64,000 nt of DNA from Bugula neritina (lineage: Eukaryota > Animalia > Bryozoa), in contig OZ037766.1 of assembly GCA_964035545.1 (NCBI GenBank), forward strand, positions 16,110,722-16,174,721, read 5' to 3'. Below, in pieces: positions 13,220 through 24,047 of this stretch. Each line of letters begins with the position of its first letter. The stretch's first letter is position 1. Under the pieces are notes generated by a model that was given only the letters and a program-made list of their open reading frames with translations, was not told where the DNA came from and did not search any database. A program made the position numbers and the translations under genes.

Positions 13220-13674
13220 TGTAATGGCTGTGGGAAGTATTGTTGCCCAACCCCTATGTTACTGACACTTGCAGTAGAAGACGTTGCTATTATACAAGTT
13301 CCAAGAGGCGATAACTCTATTGTGAAACGCTGCATCTCCATGCGGCACCACACCACTCATTATGGTCACCACCGCCGGAACCCCACCGACCAATCGGAGC
13401 AAACCCCCCAGTTATAAACAGCGCCTTCCGGCGCCCAGCCTCAGTCTGAAGATAACTATCGTTTAGACTAGGATAATACTGTGTAACTGTTTTTTTATGT
13501 GTATTCTTTTGCAATTGCTAGTAACTTTACTTTGTATAATTAGACATCAAATATAGACATTCTTTTGACCCTACCCTACTTCAGTTCTCTCTCGCAAACC
13601 TCGTAGTTAGGTTATGAGCCAGTAATTCAGCATACAATAAAACCCCACTGATAGTAGTTCACAAAACTACTACA
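13220..13674 (+). mobile_element. Solo LTR (Gypsy-like), family A copy 1
   Basis: Begins TGTAATGG, ends CTACTACA; flanks ATAC/ATAT (4-bp TSD, 1 mismatch). Colinear similarity end to end with the reverse complement of 23485-23970. Internal CCAAT, TATAAA, TCAGTC and AATAAA (13636). Confidence 0.8.
13373..13446 (+). promoter_or_regulatory. Pol II core promoter within solo LTR (ETS-like CCGGAA, CCAAT, TATA, Inr)
   Basis: CGCCGGAA 13373, CCAAT 13390, TATAAA 13413, TTCCGGCG 13426, TCAGTC 13441 (TATA at -30 from the Inr A). Same motif order in the 23.5-kb copy. Confidence 0.6.
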
Positions 13675-13940
13675 ATATAAACAAGAAAAAATTTGGGATT
13701 TTCTTGAAAAATATGAAACTAATTGGTATTGAAATACATAATATACTAATTTGTCTAACATAAGCATATAATATATAAACAATAAATAAACAGCAACTTC
13801 CTAAACACTCTTAAAAAAACTTCTACTTTCACTTTTCGAAAGCATAGTTTAATCAACCATAGTTTGACATTGAATTTTTTTCCATATTATGGCATAATTA
13901 ATAGTTGTATATAATATTATATTGTATGTAATTATTTTGG

Positions 13941-14400
13941 AGGACACCAGGTCTAGTGGCTAATGCACTGGCTTAGTAAGCACCAAGATTAGTGATTAGA
14001 ATCCCAATCAAGGATGTTAGGAAGGGCTTTAGTGTGGTGGCTCGTGGAGCTACCAGCAGCACAATACGCAGGGTCGCGCATTTGACCCGGAACAATGACA
14101 GCCAATTAGCGGCTTTAGTAGTTAGTAGCAGTAATAGTTTTCCCGCTGGTAGTCAGTCGAAGTTAGAGTGCTGAATAATCTAGATGTGTAGAAGTATTGA
14201 ATGTATTTGTATAGTTTTTGTAATGTGTTCTTGTGCTTAAAATATATACTCGTTCACTCGACTTATCCTGGTAAAGTTCTCTAGTTAGTAAATAGACTCT
14301 CTAGATTGCATATCAACCCAAATACTGAAAAACATAACATTAGTTTATAATTTCTCACTCTTTCCATCAAGGGTTCTTACAGGGATGGCAACTTTAAATC
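13941..14400 (+). mobile_element. Degenerate tRNA-derived SINE interrupted by a solo LTR
   Basis: 5' part 13941-14032 (A-box-like ggtctagtgg; gatgttaggaagggc) and 3' part 14340-14400 (ttccatcaagggttcttacagggatggcaactttaaa) match consecutive segments of the SINE at 16581-16782. Confidence 0.7.
14033..14339 (+). mobile_element. Solo LTR nested in SINE (related family)
   Basis: TGTGGTGG...CATAACA flanked by exact 4-bp TSD TTAG (14029-14032 / 14340-14343). Contains CCGGAA (14087), CCAAT (14102), TTCCCGC and TCAGTC (14153) in the same order as family A. Confidence 0.8.
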
Positions 14401-15433
14401 CATGTAAGTTTGTTGTATGATACATGAATACTTACCATTGATGGAAGCCAAGATTACTTGACACATTTTTACAAGTTACGTTGAGGATTCTTAATGGCGA
14501 GAATGAAATGAATAAATAAGTATTAAGCCTATTTTATACATTGCTTTAAGTATATTAGTTGGCTACCACTAGCTGCTTTGCAACATGGTTTTTTCTACCA
14601 GGTCTGATTTTTCCAGCTGATCCTATCTCTAACATGTTGAGGAGATTTACAGTGTGCACTATAATATAGCCTTTTAAAAATTTACCACAACTTCCAGACA
14701 TTAGTTTCAATTGAGTGCTGAATCCCTGCATCTTTTACTTGTATAATATCAAACTGTTCAAAAAGTACAATGGGTTTCACCAATCCAATATATGAAATGA
14801 GTCCAACCATGTACATATTCCATAACCAGTTTAAAGTTGTGGGAGAACAAGCAAGATTCTTGAAAATGTAAATAAGGAAATAGAAAACTGAAACTGAAAA
14901 TTTTTCTTTACATTGCTTCAGGAAGTCATGGCCTGATGAAAGAACAGGTAAACAAAATTTTCAAGTAAATTGCCCTAGAATTATGTATCTATAGAATAAA
15001 CAATGCAGTCAATATGTATATATAAAAATAAACAATTTATTACTGTCGAAATATACATGAACAGACTAGAAACAATTAAAGCCCTATATTATTATTATAT
15101 TCTTGTTTACAAAATAGAGCTGGGAAGTGAATTATCAACAAAATAAATTTACAAAACAAGCCATGTATTTCCTACCAAGCTGTTTCAAAATCAAAAAGTG
15201 AAAAAAGGTGAGTTAAAAACAGGTTTTTTCACACAAAATCTGATGAACAAGTATTATCTCAAGTGTGCGCCATCAAGGACTGACTAACTGAAAACAAGCA
15301 GGAATTTAATGGCTGTACACAGAGAACAAGGAACTATAGCCATTCATGGTATAACAGCTTTTACAGCCATTCAATAGCAGGTAAAGGCAGACCATTGCAA
15401 TTAAAAAACAGTTCATTACTTCAAACTGTAAAT

Positions 15434-18400
15434 TTAATCAACACTAGACGATGCTTGTCTTCTCTCAACTACATGCACAATTTCAAATAGCACCTACAAT
15501 GGTAATACAATATCTAAAGTATTTGGCACCAGACAATATTTTATGTATTGCATGCTTTAAAGCAAGTTTACAAAGACGATAGCACATCGTACAGAAATAA
15601 CATAAAAAAGTTCTTATAGCTAAAAACTTATACAGACAAATTTTGATTTCTTAAAAGAGTTGCAATGCAAAAATATGAATTGCTAGCTTTCAATGATTCA
15701 AGCAAAATTTTAAAAATATTAAGAAAGTATTCCTACCTCTACTAGAATAAGTATGATGATCATCCACTCAAGTCTGACCTCATGCTTTGTATTTAAATGA
15801 TCTCTGAGTAAGTCAACTAGATCCATACAATGACTCAACTTGTTATTCATAACCTACAATACCAAAACATGAGTTTGATGTTTACATGCAACGCAGTGGT
15901 TGGTATTGGTCAGAGAGTTGGATATATCACCTATAACCTGCACAACACACAATTGCACTTTAAACCAACTGAATAAACAAACGTGCAAAAATATTTAAAA
16001 AATTTTTTTATGTGAAATTACCCAAACTAATACACCGCCTCTATAAATAAAGCTGGTGATAAAGAGGTGTATTATATAAGCTTGTATGAACATTAATTAA
16101 TATAACGTAATACAAGGAGTCAAAAAGACCTCTTATGATACAACATAGCAAAAGTTGTCAGAAAACATCTAATAACTTAACATAGTACTGTGAGTTAAAA
16201 GACCTCTAATGATAATGTACAACATAGTGTTGGTGTGTGTTACTAACAATCAACTACTTTTACCATCAGCTCATAGAAGTAGAAAGTAAATAATGTAGAG
16301 AATTGATGTGTTAAAATCTAACCCGAGTTCTATTAGATATATTGAAATAAGATTGAGACTGCTTATAGAGCCTCTCAAGATCATCTCTATCCCAATAGAA
16401 ATCTGGAGTGTCAAGTAAATCAGAGCTGAGATTAATGAGATGGCTGAGATTAAACAGCTCGCCTGTCTTCTGCAACACTTGTTTGCGGGAAAGTTTCAGC
16501 TGCCCTCCTTCTCGAAGATTCTAAAATAAGATGAGAACAGAAAAAGTTTGCATTTATACTAGTTAGACAATTATAAAGATAAAGCCGTGGTCTAGGGGTT
16601 AGAGCATTTGCCTAGGAAGCATGGAGTCTTGGGTTCGAACCTCGACAAAGGCCATTGGTGATGTCAGGAAGAACATCCAGTCATAATTGCTCCTGTGCCC
16701 CATTTAAATAAGCCTTTAGTCCAATTTAACAAAAAACCCCTTCCATCAGGGGTTTTCTCAAAGGGATGGTGACTATAAAACGATCAAGCCTCTGGTCTTT
16801 TGCAGCAGCAAAAACAGTTTTAAATAATTTAAATTGAACAATTAACAATTTGATTAAAATCATTTGACCACATTCCTATAACAAAAGTTTAGACATCAAA
16901 GCTTGTATTATGTAATATTTATTTTCAAAACATAACAATTTAAAAAAGTAAGTCAGTTTAAACAAATAATATGAACAAATTACTAAATAAATAACACAGA
17001 AGGTCATCTACTCTTGGAGTACCACTTACGTACCTCAGTCACATCTTCTATAGACTCAATATATTCAGCTAGCGTAGCTTCCCATATGCCAAGCTTTACT
17101 AAAATAGTATCAAGTTGAGTTGGTAAAAGTTTTGTGACAATGTTTGTGACACTCTATCATAGCAGTGATTTTATAGAAAGTATTGACAACTAGTACAATA
17201 AATGCCTGGAAATGATGAGTACTTAGTTCAAAATGTTGACAAACCTGAATTCATTAAACTATTGGAGCGGGTATATTTCTCCATTGTTATATCAGTTGAT
17301 TTACTTAGTACTACTTTATTATTGACAATCTTTCCTTTGCTGTTGCTTTCTGTGCTCCTGCTTAGACAGAAATGGAAAATAAAACTATAGATGATTAAAC
17401 ATTATAAACACTAGGCCAAATAAGTTATCCGACATTTAAAAATAACATATTATAGAAGTATGATTCACAAACATTATTATTTTTCTACTCATTAAAGAAT
17501 AATACAGTTCACTTAATAAATAAATAACTTGAAAGTATCCTTGTTACCCTATATCTTAGTCCTAGACAAAACAACTCTAACCAATTGTCTATTACATACA
17601 TATAGATTATTCTCTATAAGTAACTGGCTCTTTCCAAGGTCTTCAAACATTATGTAATGATTTATGTAAATGTGTGCATATTTTGAAGTCAATTATTATG
17701 AGTGTCTAAGCATTTTCAAAGGCTTAGTATCTAAACAATTCAAATTAACATTAAATAAATTATTGAGGTCAAACATAATCATATTCCTCAACATATTGGT
17801 TAGTACAACTAAATTTACAATAACAAGCTGCACCCAAAATATTTTTGACTTAATTTCAGTACATACTTGTGCCACATTTAAAGTAAATAAAATAGTTCAC
17901 ATTGATAAAAGTTTTAGAGTGAAAAGCAGTGACTGTGAATATAAACAATTTACCAAGTAATACGAAAATGACAATAGTTGGATATAATACTACACTACTA
18001 TAAGACATGTAACTATAACTAGAATATACACTACCTACTTGGAGTGCATGTAGTCCATTGTCTCAGCCTCATGCTCTATTACTTTTACTTCATATGGATC
18101 TTGCTCAAATATTCTCACAGATGTGAGGAAATTTGACTGTTCCTCCATAGGAACATTCCAGAATACAACTGCACCCTGCCTGCATTAATTCAAATGCTAT
18201 TTAAAACATGAATAATACAACTTATTTAACTTATTTATAAGCAAAGGAGTATTTGTGTTTCTGTTGTGTAAAATCAACACAAATCAAATAATAATCAGAT
18301 AGCATGTAAAAATATTGCATAATTTGATAAAATACTTTAAACTAACGAAAATAAAAAAAGTTTCGAAAAATAATTAATGTTACCTGAAGACAACAATATC

Positions 18401-19423
18401 CCTGGGTTCAGCATCAATTGTGTATAAAGCAGTCAGATACTTTGCATTTTCCAAATCTAAAAAATTAAGAAACATATATTGCAGTTACAACTAAAAATGG
18501 ATGACTATGCTGAGAATTTTTACCAGAACTCTTGATATGAAATTCAACATCACAAACATGAAAACTAGAGATTACATTATGATATGATAGCAGATCAAAA
18601 CCATATATTTACCAGGGGGGAGTTCTTTTTCTTCATATAGACCCTCTTGCACAATGTGCACCATGAGCTCTTCTAGGTCATACTCACTAGCTGTAGATAT
18701 TGCAGTAACATTAAATATTCCAGGCTGAAATTTATAACACACAAATTTACAATTATTATACAATGTTGAAAATTCCATTATTCTCACACATAATTTATAA
18801 CTGAAAAAGTAAAATGTATAGTAAAAATCTTTAGCAATAACAATCACATGAACTCAAAGCACATACAATAAAATATATTAGGCTCATCACATTTACAGAG
18901 TATTGACTGTGGGCAGTTATGTAACATAAGCATTAAAAATTGACAGATGTAATATCTTCTAAAATTATGAATTTTGCAAAAATCTATAAGTAAAATTATG
19001 ACAGTTTGTAAAGGCCTTTACAAGAATTTTGATGCTAGCTCATTATGTAAAATTTTCTGCCTTATCAACTAATTATCTATTTTATAAGTTTAAAATGCTT
19101 TTCATTTGTAGATTCCCAGTTCTCTAATAAGTAACCATTATATCAATTTGGTATAAAAAGAGTTTCCCGATTTATAAAGAATAAATTACCTGATTAGTTG
19201 AAGGTGGAACTTTTTTCCTAACTGGTCTTTTAGTAAAGGGATTTGCAGTAAAAATAAAACTTCTATGTTGCATACATTTGAAATGGTTTTTATTAATCCC
19301 ATAGTTTAAAGATATTGAGATATTTGGAATTGAGGGATAAGGTTGAAGAAATCTAAATCCGAGTTTGTATGCAGAGTTTTGCACGCACATCCTAATCCAA
19401 CAGTTTTGGAAAGGAGCTGACAT
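15434..19423 (-). CDS. RMND1: Required for meiotic nuclear division 1 homolog (DUF155; mitochondrial translation factor), 9 coding exons
   Basis: Peptides [115 protein letters not shown] 19423 with a basic presequence-like N-terminus; TAA 15436-15434. Confidence 0.95.
16581..16782 (+). mobile_element. tRNA-derived SINE in an RMND1 intron (antisense to host)
   Basis: Pol III A-box TGGTCTAGGGG (16588) and B-box GGTTCGAACC (16632), followed by a non-tRNA body (ggtgatgtcaggaagaacatccagtc...ccttccatcaggggttttctcaaagggatgg) shared with 13941-14400. Confidence 0.8.
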
Positions 19424-22400
19424 TGTTTTGCTAAAACACAACAAATTATATTACTAAATTAAAAACAATTACCCTAAAAAGGGTTAGATAATTTGTAAGC
19501 ATAAATCTACTTTAATAATATAAAATAAAACGATCATTTCAAAATGTATGGTCAGTACTACAATACTGTTTAGTATTTTATGAGCTGGTGACCCAACTTT
19601 TTGTAATTAATACTATATAGTTAGTGCATTCATTTATGCTTTCACTTCAACATTGTTTAATAGTAAATTGAAACATTAGCAAGAATATAAAATACGTATG
19701 TTATTTCGAATGTAAAAAACTCAATTTTGCTATTACTGACAAAAAATCTGATTTTAAAAAAATATAAATGATATCAAAATTTAGAGTGTATAAAACCATG
19801 TCATCACTTATATTAAGCAGCTGGTAAACTATGTTGGATTTATTCATACCTGTTCACTATTCCACAGACTAAAAAGGAAACTACAGAATAGAAGGGGACC
19901 TAGTGTTTGTATTTCTTAAAAAATATCCTCCCTGGAATAATTCTTACTTAGACACACATGTGCTAAAGTGATGCTCACAATTCAAAATTATTTTTATATT
20001 GACTGGAGCACCATATATAATTTTGAATTTAAAAATTTACATGCGTGCAAGAAATTTTGATAACCTGCATCAACAATTCAGATAAAATTAAACTTAATTT
20101 ACCTTAATTATTTTGAAATCAACATTTATCTACAATTAAATATATTAAATAACAATAAAATTAAAACAAAACAGTTAAAACTTCATGGCCATGTAATGAA
20201 ATCAATTATAAATCTGTATAACGAGTTTAAAAGCATAGTAAATTGCTAAACCAAAAATAAAAATATTTCATTAAAACACTATAACTACTAAAATGAAACA
20301 ATTAATACTATAATTCAACAAATTTATTTGAAACCTTGCTACAAAGTTAAATGCTAAAAGAAGTTCAATAACTTCAATTTGGAGTTTGATTTGCTCAATT
20401 TCCAAAGAATCTAGCAACTAGTGACTCCAGCTAGTTTATTAAAATTTTAGTCAACTCGAGCCAACTAGCAATAGTAGCCTACTACTACTAGTACTATTAC
20501 TCGAGCAATTCAAGTTAGGTCACTGATTTTAGCCAGTTATCTCACAACAAGAAATTTCGAGTATTAGAGACAGAGAGTACAACTACTTGTGTCAACATAA
20601 ACTTGATATTACTTATAAATTAACTTACAGTTATAGTATAGACGCAGCCCTTCGGCCTTGGCCCTTGTCCATTGCGATGGAGCTTGCATTGTGAAGCCTT
20701 CCAGGTTAAATTTATAAATATCAATATCATTGAATATAATTTTATGACTTATTTTGGTGAATCATCATCAGATTCAATACCACCATGATCATTATTATCA
20801 TTTAATTTTATCTTTTTCAATTTTTAATATTTTAAACTGAGTTTAACTTGATTTTTATTATATCAAAATGAAAATCGAAACTAACACTGAATATTCTATT
20901 CAAAATCAATAAAATTAGAACAAGCTGGCGACTTAAACTTTAACTTAAAGTACAAGATAAACTTAAAGTACTTGCAGATTAAGATTATCAATATCATTAT
21001 GATTAAGTTTAACTTTAAATACTACTAGTACTAGTAGTAGTATTACTTGCACAGTCACTGTCAGTTGTCACACTCACAGTGCTGGTGCATTTGCAGTGTT
21101 GAATCGTTTTTGTTTTTCAAAGTTAAATGATTGATTTGACACTAGATAAATTGAATTGCAACAAATCTTCATAAACGTAAACAACTCGGACTTTGTAATC
21201 ACTCAATTAAACTATTTAAAACTTGCATAAAGGTGAACTCATGAAGTTTGAGTTTCAGTTTGAATAGAAAGGGCCAGTTTTTAAAACAATAGCCAGGGAT
21301 TTTCCGCGAGTAAAGTTAGGTTCGGTCTTAGCAGGTATATTAATCTTAGCGTTTTACAAAGCGCATCAATTGATACATGCATGGCTGTTTAAACTATAAG
21401 AAAGACATATCGCAACCTTATTGGCTACTGCGTTTTAAAAACAACAAAATACACCACGCTGGGAGTAGCTTAAGTGCAACAAAAATTAGGAGAGCGAAAT
21501 TTACAAAAAATAATATATATATAAATAATCCTCAAAGTAATATGGGTGTCGTACTGAGTCTAAAGTGCTGGGTGGATTAAAGTTTTACAGCAATGAACTG
21601 GAAAGTTACTATTTCTAGTTCAGTGTTTTACAGGTAGTAAAATTTTATTTATACTATTACTATTAGTATTAACTTTAAGTATAACTTTAAGTACAAGTTT
21701 TAGGTTAAAACAACCTTATACACTATTATACTGATGAAATTTTTTAAATTAATGTAGTGGGCATGGCTTTAACCACAAAGTTTCTATGAGTATGACTTTG
21801 GTTGGATCTAAATCGAATTCAAAGCCTATCAGTATCACAGTGATAGACTGATACTATCACTATCGGTAACGCTATCAATAGGCTATCACTTATCAGTATC
21901 AGTATCTATTCATTCTATGGCTATACTATAGACTATACTCTGTAGAATTACTCTTAGAGTAAGAGTGTTACTGTTAGACTAAGACAAGATTAAAAAATAA
22001 GACTAAGACTAAGAGTAATACTATAACTATAAGTATAAACTATAAGACTAAACTCTAAAGTATAATATAAATATCAATTATGAATTGTAATAATATTAAT
22101 AAGCATGAAACTAAAATAAAAAATGTTATTGTTAATATAAAATAATATTAATATTAGTACTATAATTAATATTGAATAATATTAAATTGGTAATTAATAT
22201 TACACCTATGCTTATCCTTATATTATAGTCATTTAGTTTTACATTTAAATTGTTATTTAATTTTATACCATAAAAATAAAATGAATATTAATAATTATAA
22301 TATTTATATTGATTATTAGTATTACTTACAGTTAGTATCACTATTAGTATTAGTAATAGTATTACACTATTAGAGTTAGTTCTACTATAATCTAAATTTA

Positions 22401-22521
22401 TTTATAGTAAATATTTATATTATTATAATGATAATTATCTATATTAGCGTTACATTTACCATTTAGTTTTAAGTTACTGTAACACTAGCAGCAACTTAAT
22501 GAGTAAAACCAGCAGTAATAG

Positions 22522-22894
22522 TGGAATTGTTATGTTATGGTGGGTTCTAGTATGCTTTTAATTATTGCATTTGCCACAGTTATGTAATCCAACAGAGACT
22601 ACGCTTGGTTTGCCGTGAAAAGAAGCAATAACTATATTTAATACATAGATAATATAAAACAAGTTACATCAGTATACTAAGTAAGCACATCAAGTTAGAT
22701 TCTAGTATATCAAACAGTCTACTCTCTATTAGTCTAACTCTCCAACTGTCTGTCCAGAAGGCATTCACTTGGTAGGGGGTCATCACGTGCCTACATATGA
22801 TTGGAGGCTCGTATACCAGCTGTATTGTCCCTCCGCATTCCAAACGGAAGGTTATAGAACAAACGCCATGACTGCACTTCTACTAGCCATTACA
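22522..22894 (-). mobile_element. Degenerate solo LTR, related to family A
   Basis: Minus strand starts TGTAATGGCTAGTAGAAGTG and ends ...TTCCA; flanked by ATAG/ATAG (22518-22521 / 22895-22898). Retains ccagaaggcatt, gattgg and ccgcat blocks seen in the other copies. Confidence 0.6.
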
Positions 22895-23484
22895 ATAGTT
22901 AGTGTAACTGTAGCATTAACTGTGTAAGCTGTACAGTTTGCTATTCCTAATACTATTTTTATTTTTAATATCTAATTTTGCTATTAATAATAATAATTAT
23001 AACTTAGTATTAGATTTGGTATTACATCTAATACAGTCTAATGCAGTACTATAATTTCAATAAATAACTTAGTACTATATAAAACCCATGCTATATAATA
23101 TGGCGATTCGATAATAAACGGTTCTGGTTAGTTTCATTGTTTCTAAGATCTTCTGAATCTACGGATTTCCGAGGAGCAAGAATTTCTTTGACCACTGAGC
23201 TCTATCAGTAATGGAAAGTGACAACATAAAGATATTGTGGGATTTCAACATACACATTGGCAGAAAAAAAGGCTAGAAGTTAGAAAATTGTGGTAGTTGT
23301 CAAATGTAACGCAGAATCATTGATTGCTAATATTACTGTCACTGGTGACTACTAAGTGAAAAAGAAAAAAAAGTCAGAAAAGATAGCAACATCTCATAAT
23401 CTGGTACTAGAACTGCATTTTCTAGCTCTACCAAATTTGATGTGATATTCACACTTTTTTCTATTTATTATCATTTAGTAATAT

Positions 23485-23970
23485 TGTTGTAGTTTTGTGC
23501 AATACTCAATTTGGGTGTTATTGCTTGCTGGTAATTACTGCATATCCACTGTGAGGTTATATGAAGAACCGAACGAGTTGATCAGGTAACAAGAAACTGT
23601 ATTGAAGTCAATTACACACGATAAAATTAGTATACATGTAAAAGAGCAAAAGAGTACAGTAGTCGAAACAATTACATATAGTCAACCTAGTTAGCTACTA
23701 ACACCGTCCATGACTACTGTGGGCGCCGGAAGGCATTGCTTATATACATGAGGTGGATCCTGATTGGATGATACAAGATTCCGGCGGTGTCGTCCGTAGT
23801 TGCTGACAGTGTCGCCCGTATCTACTAATAGGGCACCGCATGAAAATTCAGCATGACTTGGAGCACCGCATGGAAATGCGGCATGACTTGGAGTTGTCGT
23901 CCTTGACCATAATCTATAGAGTTATGTTTAGCAGGGGGTACTGGGAAATATACTTCCCCTAACCATTACA
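23485..23970 (-). mobile_element. Solo LTR (Gypsy-like), family A copy 2
   Basis: Minus strand TGTAATGG...CTACAACA; exact TSD ATAT (23481-23484 / 23971-23974). Internal 30-bp tandem duplication (gcaccgcatgaaaattcagcatgacttgga, 23833-23892) in the U3-like part; CCAAT and TATATAA present. Confidence 0.85.
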
Positions 23971-24047
23971 ATATAAAATGTTTAATTTCTTTTAATAGGT
24001 ATTTTCATCAGCTTTTCACCATTACTGTGGTTTTCCTATCTGTTACA

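Noticed and set aside
16581-16655. Possible tRNA gene
   Set aside because: A and B boxes are present, but there is no convincing acceptor stem or poly-T terminator, and it continues into a body shared with a second dispersed copy, so it is a SINE head.
23720-23815. Possible HDV-like ribozyme (CGCCGGAA/TTCCGGCG stem followed by GG and a small hairpin)
   Set aside because: No P3/L3 adjacent to P1' and no catalytic C-containing J4/2 segment; the motifs are better explained as paired ETS-like sites in an LTR promoter.
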